From positions 2,720,001-2,784,000 of the forward strand of contig CBDCOX010000002.1 in assembly GCA_965219995.1 (NCBI GenBank): a DNA stretch of 64,000 nucleotides, written 5' to 3'. A program made the translations under genes and the position numbers. The DNA is from Candidatus Latescibacterota bacterium (GTDB lineage: Bacteria; Latescibacterota; UBA2968; GCA-2709665). Shown one piece after another: positions 36,895 to 44,931 of the stretch (positions are counted from its first letter, which is position 1; every line of letters starts with the position of its first letter). The notes below the pieces were generated by a model that was given only the letters and a program-made list of their open reading frames with translations, was not told where the DNA came from and searched no databases.

Positions 36895-38904
36895 GTGGAA
36901 GGCTCTCAAGCACAACGCCTGGGGAATCGGGCCTACCAACAACACGCGTCTTCGGAGAATCATCTCGCGTCTTCACGGGACGGTCTGACGTTGCGGGCTT
37001 TCCTGATCGGGCTCCTTCTCTGCGTGTTCCTTGGTGTCGCGCTGACGCACAATCGTATGGTCGTCCAGGGGCCCTTCATGGGCAGCTACTATATGGACCG
37101 GGGCGTGCTGTTCGTTTTCTTCGTCCTTGTTCTGGCCGTAAACCCCCTGGCGGCGGCCCTGAAGCGCCGATATGCGCTGGGGCGGGGCGAGTTGTTGGCC
37201 ATCTACGTCATGTTGCTGTTTCTGATGCCGTCGTGGAAAATCACCAAGGCCCTGCTGGGCTTTATGACGGGCGTCACCTACTATGCCTCGCCGGAAATGC
37301 GGCACCTGGAAGCGGTGTTGCCCAATGCCCTTCCCTGGCTGTCGAACCTGGATACGCAAGCGGTAAGGGGGCTGTACGACGGTCTTCCCGCCGGCGACCC
37401 GGTGCCCTGGTGGACGTGGGTGGTTCCCCTGTGGAGCTGGGGGTCGTTCCTGGTCGTACTCTACGTCGTGCTCGTCTGCCTGGCCGTCCTGATGAGAAAG
37501 CAGTGGGAAGAGCACGAACGGTTTGCGTTTCCCATCATGCAAGTGCCGCTCGAGATGAGCGAGGCAGGGGCGCGAAAGGTGGGTCCCCTGTTCCGCAGCA
37601 GGGTGATGTGGGGGGGATTCGCGGTTCCGTTTCTGATCGGAATGTTGAACGGCCTTCAGCGGTACTACTATTCGCTTCCGCGGATTCCTCTGAGAACGGT
37701 GATCTGGATCTTCCGACGGGCGATCCCCTTGCATATCGGCCTGCACTTTGCGATTTTTGGGTACTCGTATTTCGTGAATACGGACGTAAGCCTGAGCATC
37801 TGGCTGTTCAACGTCATCGCCAAATGCGTCAGCGGAACTCTGGCCATCGTCGGGGCGGAAACCTACGGCGTTTCCGGGGTTGTGGGACGGCACAGTTCGC
37901 AGGGATCGGCATTCCTGGCGATGATGGGCATGGGCTATATGCTCGGCCTGGCGGGGTACAGTCTGTGGATCGCGAGGGGACACCTGCGGCAGGTGTGGGC
38001 CAGGGCGACGGGCAGACCTTCGCGCCTGGACGATTCGGAGGAGGTGATCCCCTACCGCTCCGCCGTGGCCGGCATCGTTGCGGGGACGCTCTATCTGGGG
38101 TGCTGGCTTTATCAGGCGGGAATCTCGCCGCATCTCGTCCTGCTGCTGGGCTTCTTCTGCTTTGTCGTGTTTCTCGTTCTCGCCCGCATCGTGAGCGAGA
38201 CCGGATATTCCGTCACCTATTCCCCGCTCAACCCGTCGGAATTCGTGGTGTGCGCGGTGGGCTCAGCGGCGTTCGGACCCACGGGGCTGACTTCTCTCGG
38301 CGTCGGCTTCGCCTGGACGATGACCCGGCTGAATACGCTGATGCCCCGGGCCTCGGGCGCGCTGAGACTCGCGCGGGAGATCGGTCGCAAGCGGGGGCTG
38401 GTCCTGGCGATGGGCGCAGCGCTTGCAGCGGGCCTCGTCACCGCAGGCTATACAACGCTTCAACTGGGTTACGAACACGGCGGCCGCAACCTGGATTACT
38501 GGTTCAGGGACGTCAACGATTGCGCGCTTCCGTTCGACGAATACATCGGCCGCCGTCTGCTTTCGCCGACTCCGGTCTATTTTCCAGGATTTCTGTACAC
38601 GGCGCTGGGCGCCGGCGTTGTCGTCGCTCTGATGTCGCTCCGGTCGCGCCTACCCTGGTGGCCGCTGCACCCGGTGGCGCTTCCCGTAAGCACGATCGCC
38701 TATACACACCATTACTTCTTCAGCGTGTTTCTCGCCTGGGGAATCAAGGCGCTCTTGCTGCGGTTCGGAGGCGCCAATCTCTACAGAATGACCCGGCCGT
38801 TCTTCATGGGAATCATCCTGGGCGAGGCGGTCTGCCTGGGGATGTGGATCGTTATCGACAGCATCACCGGTAAAGTGGGCGGGATCTGGATCCTGCAACC
38901 CTAA
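36895..38904 (+). CDS. DUF6785/DUF6784-type polytopic inner-membrane protein (putative transporter)
   Basis: GLTLRAFLIG, GELLAIYVML, VPWW.WVVPL..W, RKQWEEHERFAFP, RIVSETG, WWPLHPV and RPFFMGIILGE motifs; many TM helices. Confidence 0.75.
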   Translation: MEGSQAQRLGNRAYQQHASSENHLASSRDGLTLRAFLIGLLLCVFLGVALTHNRMVVQGPFMGSYYMDRGVLFVFFVLVLAVNPLAAALKRRYALGRGELLAIYVMLLFLMPSWKITKALLGFMTGVTYYASPEMRHLEAVLPNALPWLSNLDTQAVRGLYDGLPAGDPVPWWTWVVPLWSWGSFLVVLYVVLVCLAVLMRKQWEEHERFAFPIMQVPLEMSEAGARKVGPLFRSRVMWGGFAVPFLIGMLNGLQRYYYSLPRIPLRTVIWIFRRAIPLHIGLHFAIFGYSYFVNTDVSLSIWLFNVIAKCVSGTLAIVGAETYGVSGVVGRHSSQGSAFLAMMGMGYMLGLAGYSLWIARGHLRQVWARATGRPSRLDDSEEVIPYRSAVAGIVAGTLYLGCWLYQAGISPHLVLLLGFFCFVVFLVLARIVSETGYSVTYSPLNPSEFVVCAVGSAAFGPTGLTSLGVGFAWTMTRLNTLMPRASGALRLAREIGRKRGLVLAMGAALAAGLVTAGYTTLQLGYEHGGRNLDYWFRDVNDCALPFDEYIGRRLLSPTPVYFPGFLYTALGAGVVVALMSLRSRLPWWPLHPVALPVSTIAYTHHYFFSVFLAWGIKALLLRFGGANLYRMTRPFFMGIILGEAVCLGMWIVIDSITGKVGGIWILQP

Positions 38905-38979
38905 CCGTAACCGGACCGGGTGCGGGCATTGAGTGAGGCTGGGTGAGGTCGGTCAACCCACTGAAAGAGAGTTGAAGAC

Positions 38980-39807
38980 ATGGAAGCGGGAACTGACGTG
39001 GACGAACAGTTGCTCGACAAACTGAATCAGATGTGCGTCAACGGCTGGTGTGTCGTCGAGGACGTCGTCCCTCCGGACCGGGTCGCGGCGGTGAGAGCGC
39101 GCGTTATGGATGCCGTGCATCGGCATGCGAACACCGAAACGCTCGAGGACAAGGGCATCGGGCACGTTTCGGGCTTTGTCGCCCGGGAACAGTCATTCGC
39201 GCCGTACGTGGCGGATTCCGGCGTCATGGGCGTCGTCAAGGGCATGCTGGGCGACCACGTCCGGATCTCTTTCACGACCGCAACGGTCAACTTTCCCGGA
39301 AACCCGCGCGGCGGATGGCACGCCGACTGGCCCTTCAACCAGAACAACGCCGGACATATCTCCGCACCCTATCCCGACGCGGTGATGCACCTTACCACGC
39401 TATGGATGCTCTCGCCCTTCAGCACGGAGAACGGCGGGACCCTCATTCTTCCCGGCAGCCACCGTTCCACGAACAATCCCAGCGGGGGAAACGGTTTCGA
39501 CCCGCTCGGCGCGATTCCCGGTGAATGCAACGCGGAAGGCGAAGCGGGAAGCGTGCTGATGCTGGACAGCCGGCTCTGGCACGCCACGGCCCCCAACCGT
39601 TCCCACGAGCCGCGCGTATCGGTGGTAATTCGCTACGCGCCCTGGTGGCTCGATACAAGCGTCCTGATGCCCGGGTCCGAAGAGCGGAGACTGATGTTGG
39701 AAGCAACGGGGCTGAATTCACCCGAAGTCCCGCCCGTCCCGCGGGAAGTCTATGACACCATGCCCGAAAGGGTGAAGCCCCTTTTCCGGCACTGGGTGCG
39801 GTCGTAG
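38980..39807 (+). CDS. Phytanoyl-CoA dioxygenase (PhyH) family Fe(II)/2OG oxygenase
   Basis: WHAD...NGGTLILPGSH...WHA..PNRS.EPR; canonical HxD...H triad. Confidence 0.9.
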   Translation: MEAGTDVDEQLLDKLNQMCVNGWCVVEDVVPPDRVAAVRARVMDAVHRHANTETLEDKGIGHVSGFVAREQSFAPYVADSGVMGVVKGMLGDHVRISFTTATVNFPGNPRGGWHADWPFNQNNAGHISAPYPDAVMHLTTLWMLSPFSTENGGTLILPGSHRSTNNPSGGNGFDPLGAIPGECNAEGEAGSVLMLDSRLWHATAPNRSHEPRVSVVIRYAPWWLDTSVLMPGSEERRLMLEATGLNSPEVPPVPREVYDTMPERVKPLFRHWVRS

Positions 39808-39857
39808 GGACGGGCGTCTTGTCGAAACGTGTCAATTTTGTCCGGAGGTGCAGCGAA

Positions 39858-40811
39858 ATGGCTGAGACAGCCAAATCAACCGCATATACCGCGCCGAATC
39901 CCGGGTTCGGGTTCTCGGATGTGCCGCAGACCGAATTCGACTTTCCATTTCCGGCCCTGACGCTCGAACAGCGGATGCGGTTCGAGCTGTTCGGGTACAC
40001 CATCGTCGAGGACCTGTTTACCGAACAGGAGTTGCTGTCCATCGAAGCGTCAGCCAACGGATTGAAGGCGGAAATCCTGGATGCGGCCGGCGACGTCGAG
40101 ATCACGCCGCCTCCGCCTCCGAGAAAATACGAGGACTTCAGGGACGGGGCGATGTGGCGGGCGAACCGGAGAAGGACGGCGTCGGGCGACCTGCACCTGG
40201 AACGCCTGGAGATCGAGAACGTGCTGGGGCTGGATCCCGTCTACCTGTCGGTACTTACCAGGCCGCGCGTACTGGGGGTTGCCACGGAACTGCTGGGCGG
40301 GACGTTTCGTTTCCACCAGGTCGCCGTCCGCTTCAACCGGCGTTCCGAAACCCCCGTTCTGGGATGGCACGGCGGGGTGACCCGGCACAAGGACAGGGCG
40401 GTCCGGAAGAACGGATGGTTCCATACGCAGATCCTTGGATTGATCCTCTATCTCACGGACGTGGGCCCCGGCGACGGCGGCACCGGAATCTTCGCGGGAA
40501 GCCACAGACTCGACCTCTCCTACGACGATTTGAAGCAGTATATCACGGACCATCCGGACTCCGAGTTCTTCCACCAGACCACGGCGAAGCGGGGCGCCGC
40601 GCTGCTGTTTGCCGACGGCCCGCTGATGCACCGGACCATCAACATCGAGACGGACAAGGAACGGCTTATCATGCTTTCGCGGATTGTCCATTCAGACTAC
40701 GAGTTCGGCGGTATGGAGTCGCTGGGGCAGACCGACCACGTACCGCATGAGCTGATGCCGCTGTTCTATGGACGAGCGTTCACGCCCAGATATCGACCCC
40801 GCGGCGAATAA
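39858..40811 (+). CDS. PhyH-family Fe(II)/2OG enzyme with HxG instead of HxD
   Basis: FELFGY.IVED, WHGG, LYLTDVGPGDGGT.IFAGSH and LMHRT...ER motifs; RBS ggagg before ATG 39858. Confidence 0.8.
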   Translation: MAETAKSTAYTAPNPGFGFSDVPQTEFDFPFPALTLEQRMRFELFGYTIVEDLFTEQELLSIEASANGLKAEILDAAGDVEITPPPPPRKYEDFRDGAMWRANRRRTASGDLHLERLEIENVLGLDPVYLSVLTRPRVLGVATELLGGTFRFHQVAVRFNRRSETPVLGWHGGVTRHKDRAVRKNGWFHTQILGLILYLTDVGPGDGGTGIFAGSHRLDLSYDDLKQYITDHPDSEFFHQTTAKRGAALLFADGPLMHRTINIETDKERLIMLSRIVHSDYEFGGMESLGQTDHVPHELMPLFYGRAFTPRYRPRGE

Positions 40812-40826
40812 GACAGGGAGAACGCA

Positions 40827-42107
40827 GTGGTGGCAAAGCGCGCTGCCAGGACGCCGAAATGGTATGCCCCCCGCATCCGCGGAGTCGACCCGACCGGAAG
40901 GACGATTTCAGTCAGGTCCGGGGAGACCATCGACCTTCGTCTCGAGGTAGAACCCTGTCAGTCGCTCCCGACCGGGCAGGTCTGGCGGCGCCTCTCCGAG
41001 CCGCTTCTGTCGGCAGCCACGACCCGCCAGGACTGGTGCCGCGTGCTCCTCTACATGCCATGCGTGCTGAGGGCGGACGGCATCTACAAGATGTGGTACG
41101 TAGGCAGTTCCGACCACGCGCGCAACCCTTCGTACATCCACCTCGGGTACGCCACGTCGACGGACGGTTTGCGCTGGGAACCGCATCCGGATAATCCGAT
41201 TGCCACCGACGATGCGATTCCGTGGGGCTGGCGTTTCCAGGCGCCGTACGTACTCTACGACGTGGAGGAGAAGGTCTACAGGATGTGGTTTACCGCCGTC
41301 GATGAAATCGACGTGGAGGGACGCCCGTGGTTGAACCAGCGTGTGGGGTACGGCGAGAGCCCCGACGGGATTTCATGGACGTTCCACCCGGAGCCGGTGC
41401 TGCGTACCGGGCGTCGTCCGTGTGTCCTGAAACTGGATGACGGGACGTACAGGATGTGGGTAAACGCGCCGTCCGGAAGGGATCCAGGTCTGCAGATGAC
41501 CATGAACGTCGTTTCCGCCCGGTCCGGGGACGGTCTGCACTGGAAACACGAAGGGGACGCGGTGCGGTACGGCGGGATCTACAGCTCCTGCGTGTATCCC
41601 TTCGTAATGCGCGACCGGGACGAACTGGCGATGTGGTTCGGCGGCCACCGGGCGGGCGGCGTTTTCGACATTTCGTTCGGGCGCACCCGCGACGGCAGCA
41701 CCTGGTACTACCAGAACGACGTGCCGACGTTTCCCCCGAACCCGCGCAGGGAAGCGTTCGACGGCCGGTACACGTCCACCCCTCACGTATTGAAATTGCC
41801 GGGCAGATACCTGATGTACTATTCCGCGCGCGACCTGGACGACGGCTGGATCGCGCCGGACGGTTCCCGCCAGCGGGACGCCGACGGGGTGTACCGCCAC
41901 ATCGGCTGCGCCGAACTGCCTGTCGACGCAAGGGAGGATCCGGGCCTCCGCTTTTCGTGGACGTCCGATGGCAAGGCAATACCCGGAAACGGCGGATCGC
42001 TGCGGTTCGAGGCGGACAGGGCGGGCAGGCATTCGATAACCTGCCGCGTGGAAAATGACAACGGATCAGCCGCGTACACCTGGGAGGTTGATGCAGGCAA
42101 TGGATAG
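40827..42107 (+). CDS. Beta-propeller glycosidase-like protein with Ig/PKD-like segments at both termini
   Basis: Propeller closely similar to 35657-36685 (TTRQDWCRV.LY, DGRYTSTP, YYSARD, YRHIG); C-terminal FSWTSDG...AGRHSITCRV...YTWEV. Confidence 0.7.
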   Translation: MVAKRAARTPKWYAPRIRGVDPTGRTISVRSGETIDLRLEVEPCQSLPTGQVWRRLSEPLLSAATTRQDWCRVLLYMPCVLRADGIYKMWYVGSSDHARNPSYIHLGYATSTDGLRWEPHPDNPIATDDAIPWGWRFQAPYVLYDVEEKVYRMWFTAVDEIDVEGRPWLNQRVGYGESPDGISWTFHPEPVLRTGRRPCVLKLDDGTYRMWVNAPSGRDPGLQMTMNVVSARSGDGLHWKHEGDAVRYGGIYSSCVYPFVMRDRDELAMWFGGHRAGGVFDISFGRTRDGSTWYYQNDVPTFPPNPRREAFDGRYTSTPHVLKLPGRYLMYYSARDLDDGWIAPDGSRQRDADGVYRHIGCAELPVDAREDPGLRFSWTSDGKAIPGNGGSLRFEADRAGRHSITCRVENDNGSAAYTWEVDAGNG

Positions 42108-42264
42108 ATCCGTGATCCTGGCGGCGGACCGCCGCGCCCGATGCGCGGTGGAGGTGCCCGCGAATCCCGTGGACGGCGCCTATCACCTGGGCGGCATCGG
42201 AGGGAAGCGGGGGAATATTAACAACTTCCTGCTGGGGCACCTCTGGGGAATCGACAGGATTTGA
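42100..42264 (+). pseudogene. Short ORF coupled to the upstream gene, possible truncated gene remnant
   Basis: ATG overlaps the upstream stop with ggagg upstream; 54 aa, ending just before the hicB 3' end. Confidence 0.3.
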
Positions 42265-42287
42265 GACATGGGACTGGTTTATCCTGT

Positions 42288-42671
42288 TTAGCGCGTTCCA
42301 ACGCCTTTCGCCGACCCTTCGACAAGCTCAGGGAGCGGCTCAGGTCGCAGGCGCACAGCCAGCCGCGCGCTCACCAGCCGGTTCAGGCTCACGCCCTGTT
42401 CCGCCGCTTCGATAACCAGGGCGCGGTGCGACTCCGGCGGCAGACGAACCAGGAACTTACCGCTATACGCGCGGTCCGCCAATGGCGCCGGCGTTGGTTC
42501 ACCGGTGGCGCGCATGTCGTCCATGGATTCCCGAACGAGCCGCCGGATGCCGGACAAGGCCTCGTCGGGTGACGGCGCGAGCCAGCTCAACGACGGAAAT
42601 TCCGCGCAGAGACCCACGTGTTCGCTGTCGTCCGCGGACCACGTGATCCGGTAGGTGAAATGATCGTTCAT
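42288..42671 (-). CDS. hicB: HicB family antitoxin
   Basis: YRITWS.DD.EHVGLCAEFPSLSWLA..P.EAL.GI...YSGKFLVRLPPE.HR.L..EAAEQGVSLNRLV. Confidence 0.9.
   Translation of the reverse strand: MNDHFTYRITWSADDSEHVGLCAEFPSLSWLAPSPDEALSGIRRLVRESMDDMRATGEPTPAPLADRAYSGKFLVRLPPESHRALVIEAAEQGVSLNRLVSARLAVRLRPEPLPELVEGSAKGVGTR
42307..42330 (-). repeat. REP-like motif TGAGCTTGTCGAAGGGTCGGCGAA inside the hicB 3' end
   Basis: Matches 14329-14352; translated in frame as ELVEGSAK in HicB. Confidence 0.7.
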
Positions 42672-42916
42672 TTTAAGTCCTCGAGTTTGTTGATTGCCCT
42701 GATGACCTGGCGCACCTGATACGGCTTCGCCATGCCTTTGTGATTTTGGATGTTTATCCTTGGATCGCCCGTCCATGGCATCCGGTAGACCCGATGGCTT
42801 GTCCCTTTCTGGCGTGGTTCCCCGAAATAGTCGTCGCAGAGCTTTACAAGATCCGTAAAACGGACCCCATTCGGATTGTTACGAAGCGCTTTGAGGATTT
42901 CCGTCGTGCTCACCAT
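42668..42916 (-). CDS. hicA: HicA family toxin
   Basis: NP..VRF.DL.KLC..YFGEPRQKGTSH.VY..PW.GDPRINIQ..KG.AKPYQVRQV. Confidence 0.9.
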   Translation of the reverse strand: MVSTTEILKALRNNPNGVRFTDLVKLCDDYFGEPRQKGTSHRVYRMPWTGDPRINIQNHKGMAKPYQVRQVIRAINKLEDLK

Positions 42917-42921
42917 GATGT

Positions 42922-42950
42922 ATGATATCAAAAATGATACTAATAGTCAA
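42922..42950 (-). promoter_or_regulatory. sigma70-type promoter of hicAB with overlapping palindrome
   Basis: TTGACT-17 nt-TATCAT on the minus strand; tatca...tgata palindrome in the spacer; ATG 5 nt after the -10 box. Confidence 0.7.
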
Positions 42951-43084
42951 GTGGAGTTGTTTTGTGCCTGGAACGACGGGCGAGCCGGAACACACTTTCG
43001 ATCTGCATACGGTGACACGCTGATCGGACTACGAGTTGACAGAGGTTGCCTGATACCCCATCGCTAAGCAAGAAAGGTACCTGC

Positions 43085-44896
43085 ATGGATCAACCCATCC
43101 TGATATTGCGCGCGGGAAGCGACCCGTCGGAAGACCTGTGCGCCGAGGTGCTCCGGTGCGAGGGTTTTCCCTGGCTGGAAGAGCGCCCCGCCTCCGGATT
43201 TGACGGTGTGACTCCCGGCGTCGGCCTGGTCGTGCTGGCTGGCGCTGGCGTCGGCCGAACCATCGCGGAGCGCCTGGCAGGGGCTGTTTCCGCGGGTGTT
43301 TCGCTGGTCGCGCTCGCGCCCGACCCGGCAGTCGCGGCAGCGTTCGGCGTGTCGGGCGCCGATGCTGTGACCGACGCCCACCTGTCCGTGACCGCCCTGG
43401 ACGGTTGGGAGCATGGCGACGTGCCGCTGCTGTGCCCCGACGACACCGCCCGTCCCCTTCACGGCGGCCGGGAAGTGGCGGCGCTACGGGCCGATGGCGG
43501 AGAGCGATGCGGATCCGGAATCGCATCCGTCCGCGTGGGAGATGGAAGGGTATGGATTTACGGCTACGACCTCTGCCGGACCGTGGCCACGCTGCGTCAC
43601 GGCACGGGAGACGTGCGCGAGCGTCCGGCGAAGGACATGGGGCCGCTTACCGGGCCGCGGCACATCTACGGTTTCTTCGAGCTTTCCGATAAGCTGCCCC
43701 GGGACGTGCCGGTTTGCGACCTGCATCAGGATATTCTGAGGACGCTCGTTCTGTCCTCCCTCTCCGATAGCTGTCTTCCCCGGCTCTGGCACTTTCCCGA
43801 CGCCGCCCCCGCGCTCTGGTTCGTGAAGGGCGATGGCTGCGGCGAGGTCGGCGCCGACGTGGAGGTCCGGGTCGTCGAGGAATACGACGCCTATCTCACG
43901 TTCAACAGACCCCCCGTGAGCCGTTTCGGCGGCGACCTGATGAGGGATTGGCACGAGCGGGGGCACGGCATCACCATCGAAGCCAACCTGGACGACGTCA
44001 CGCGGCCCGTGGTCGACGTCTCGGGAAAGAAGGTCCGGCGATCACGCACCGCACAGGACCTGAACGAAAACGCGCTACCCGATATCCGCGCCAACCTGGA
44101 GGCGCACCGCGACAGCTTCTTTCGCGACACCGGTCTGGAAATGGACACGATCTGCATCCACGGCTGCCAATGGTCGGGGCAGCCGATGGCGGAGATGGTG
44201 GTCGACCTCGGCTGGTACACGCCCACCCACTTCGTCTCGCACGATCCGCGCATGCGCCACGATGAACGCTACGGACCGTACATGATTTCGACCGCCCTGC
44301 CCCTCCGATACTTCCAGCATGGTATGGGGGTTCTGGACCTGTGGCACATGCCGGCGCAGTGGGACGAGAGCCAGACGCTGGGGGAACGGGACTCCACGGA
44401 CCCGAAATCGACGGGCAGGGTGGGCCTGTCGGCGGAGGCATACGGCGAGGAACTCACCCGGTTCGCCGAAGACGCGGCGCGGCGCTGGCACGGCTGCCAG
44501 ATCGCGAACTTTCACCCCAGCTACGTCGCGATGTCCCAGGACGATCCCAGGGCCTCCCGGCGTGCGCTGGAGATGGGTCTGGACGGCGCCCGGGCGGCAG
44601 GGTGCCGGTTCGAGAACCAGGAGCGGTGGTCGCGGTTCTCCCGGGCCCGGGCGGACGTGCGGCTCGCGGAGCGGCGGACGGAGGGTGAAGCCGTCGTTCT
44701 GACGCTGGTCTCCCCCGGAGACCTGCATGGACTCACCCTGCTGCTGCCCGACCGTGTGACCGGAGTCCGCGGTGCCGAAACGGGGAACACCCTGGACGTC
44801 CGTGAGGTTGTGCTGGAGGGACGTCGCCAGCGGGCCGTATCCCTGAATCTCTTCGCGGAAACGCCCCGTACACTTCGAATGGATACCGCGACCTGA
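43085..44896 (+). CDS. Hypothetical protein (GATase-like N-terminal half, deacetylase-like C-terminal half)
   Basis: Long ORF; LPRLWHFPD, GDGCG, RGHGI and ANFHP motifs resemble a NodB-like barrel. Confidence 0.5.
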   Translation: MDQPILILRAGSDPSEDLCAEVLRCEGFPWLEERPASGFDGVTPGVGLVVLAGAGVGRTIAERLAGAVSAGVSLVALAPDPAVAAAFGVSGADAVTDAHLSVTALDGWEHGDVPLLCPDDTARPLHGGREVAALRADGGERCGSGIASVRVGDGRVWIYGYDLCRTVATLRHGTGDVRERPAKDMGPLTGPRHIYGFFELSDKLPRDVPVCDLHQDILRTLVLSSLSDSCLPRLWHFPDAAPALWFVKGDGCGEVGADVEVRVVEEYDAYLTFNRPPVSRFGGDLMRDWHERGHGITIEANLDDVTRPVVDVSGKKVRRSRTAQDLNENALPDIRANLEAHRDSFFRDTGLEMDTICIHGCQWSGQPMAEMVVDLGWYTPTHFVSHDPRMRHDERYGPYMISTALPLRYFQHGMGVLDLWHMPAQWDESQTLGERDSTDPKSTGRVGLSAEAYGEELTRFAEDAARRWHGCQIANFHPSYVAMSQDDPRASRRALEMGLDGARAAGCRFENQERWSRFSRARADVRLAERRTEGEAVVLTLVSPGDLHGLTLLLPDRVTGVRGAETGNTLDVREVVLEGRRQRAVSLNLFAETPRTLRMDTAT

Positions 44897-44931
44897 TGTG
44901 GCGTTCTCGACCCGGGATGCGGAGAATACCG

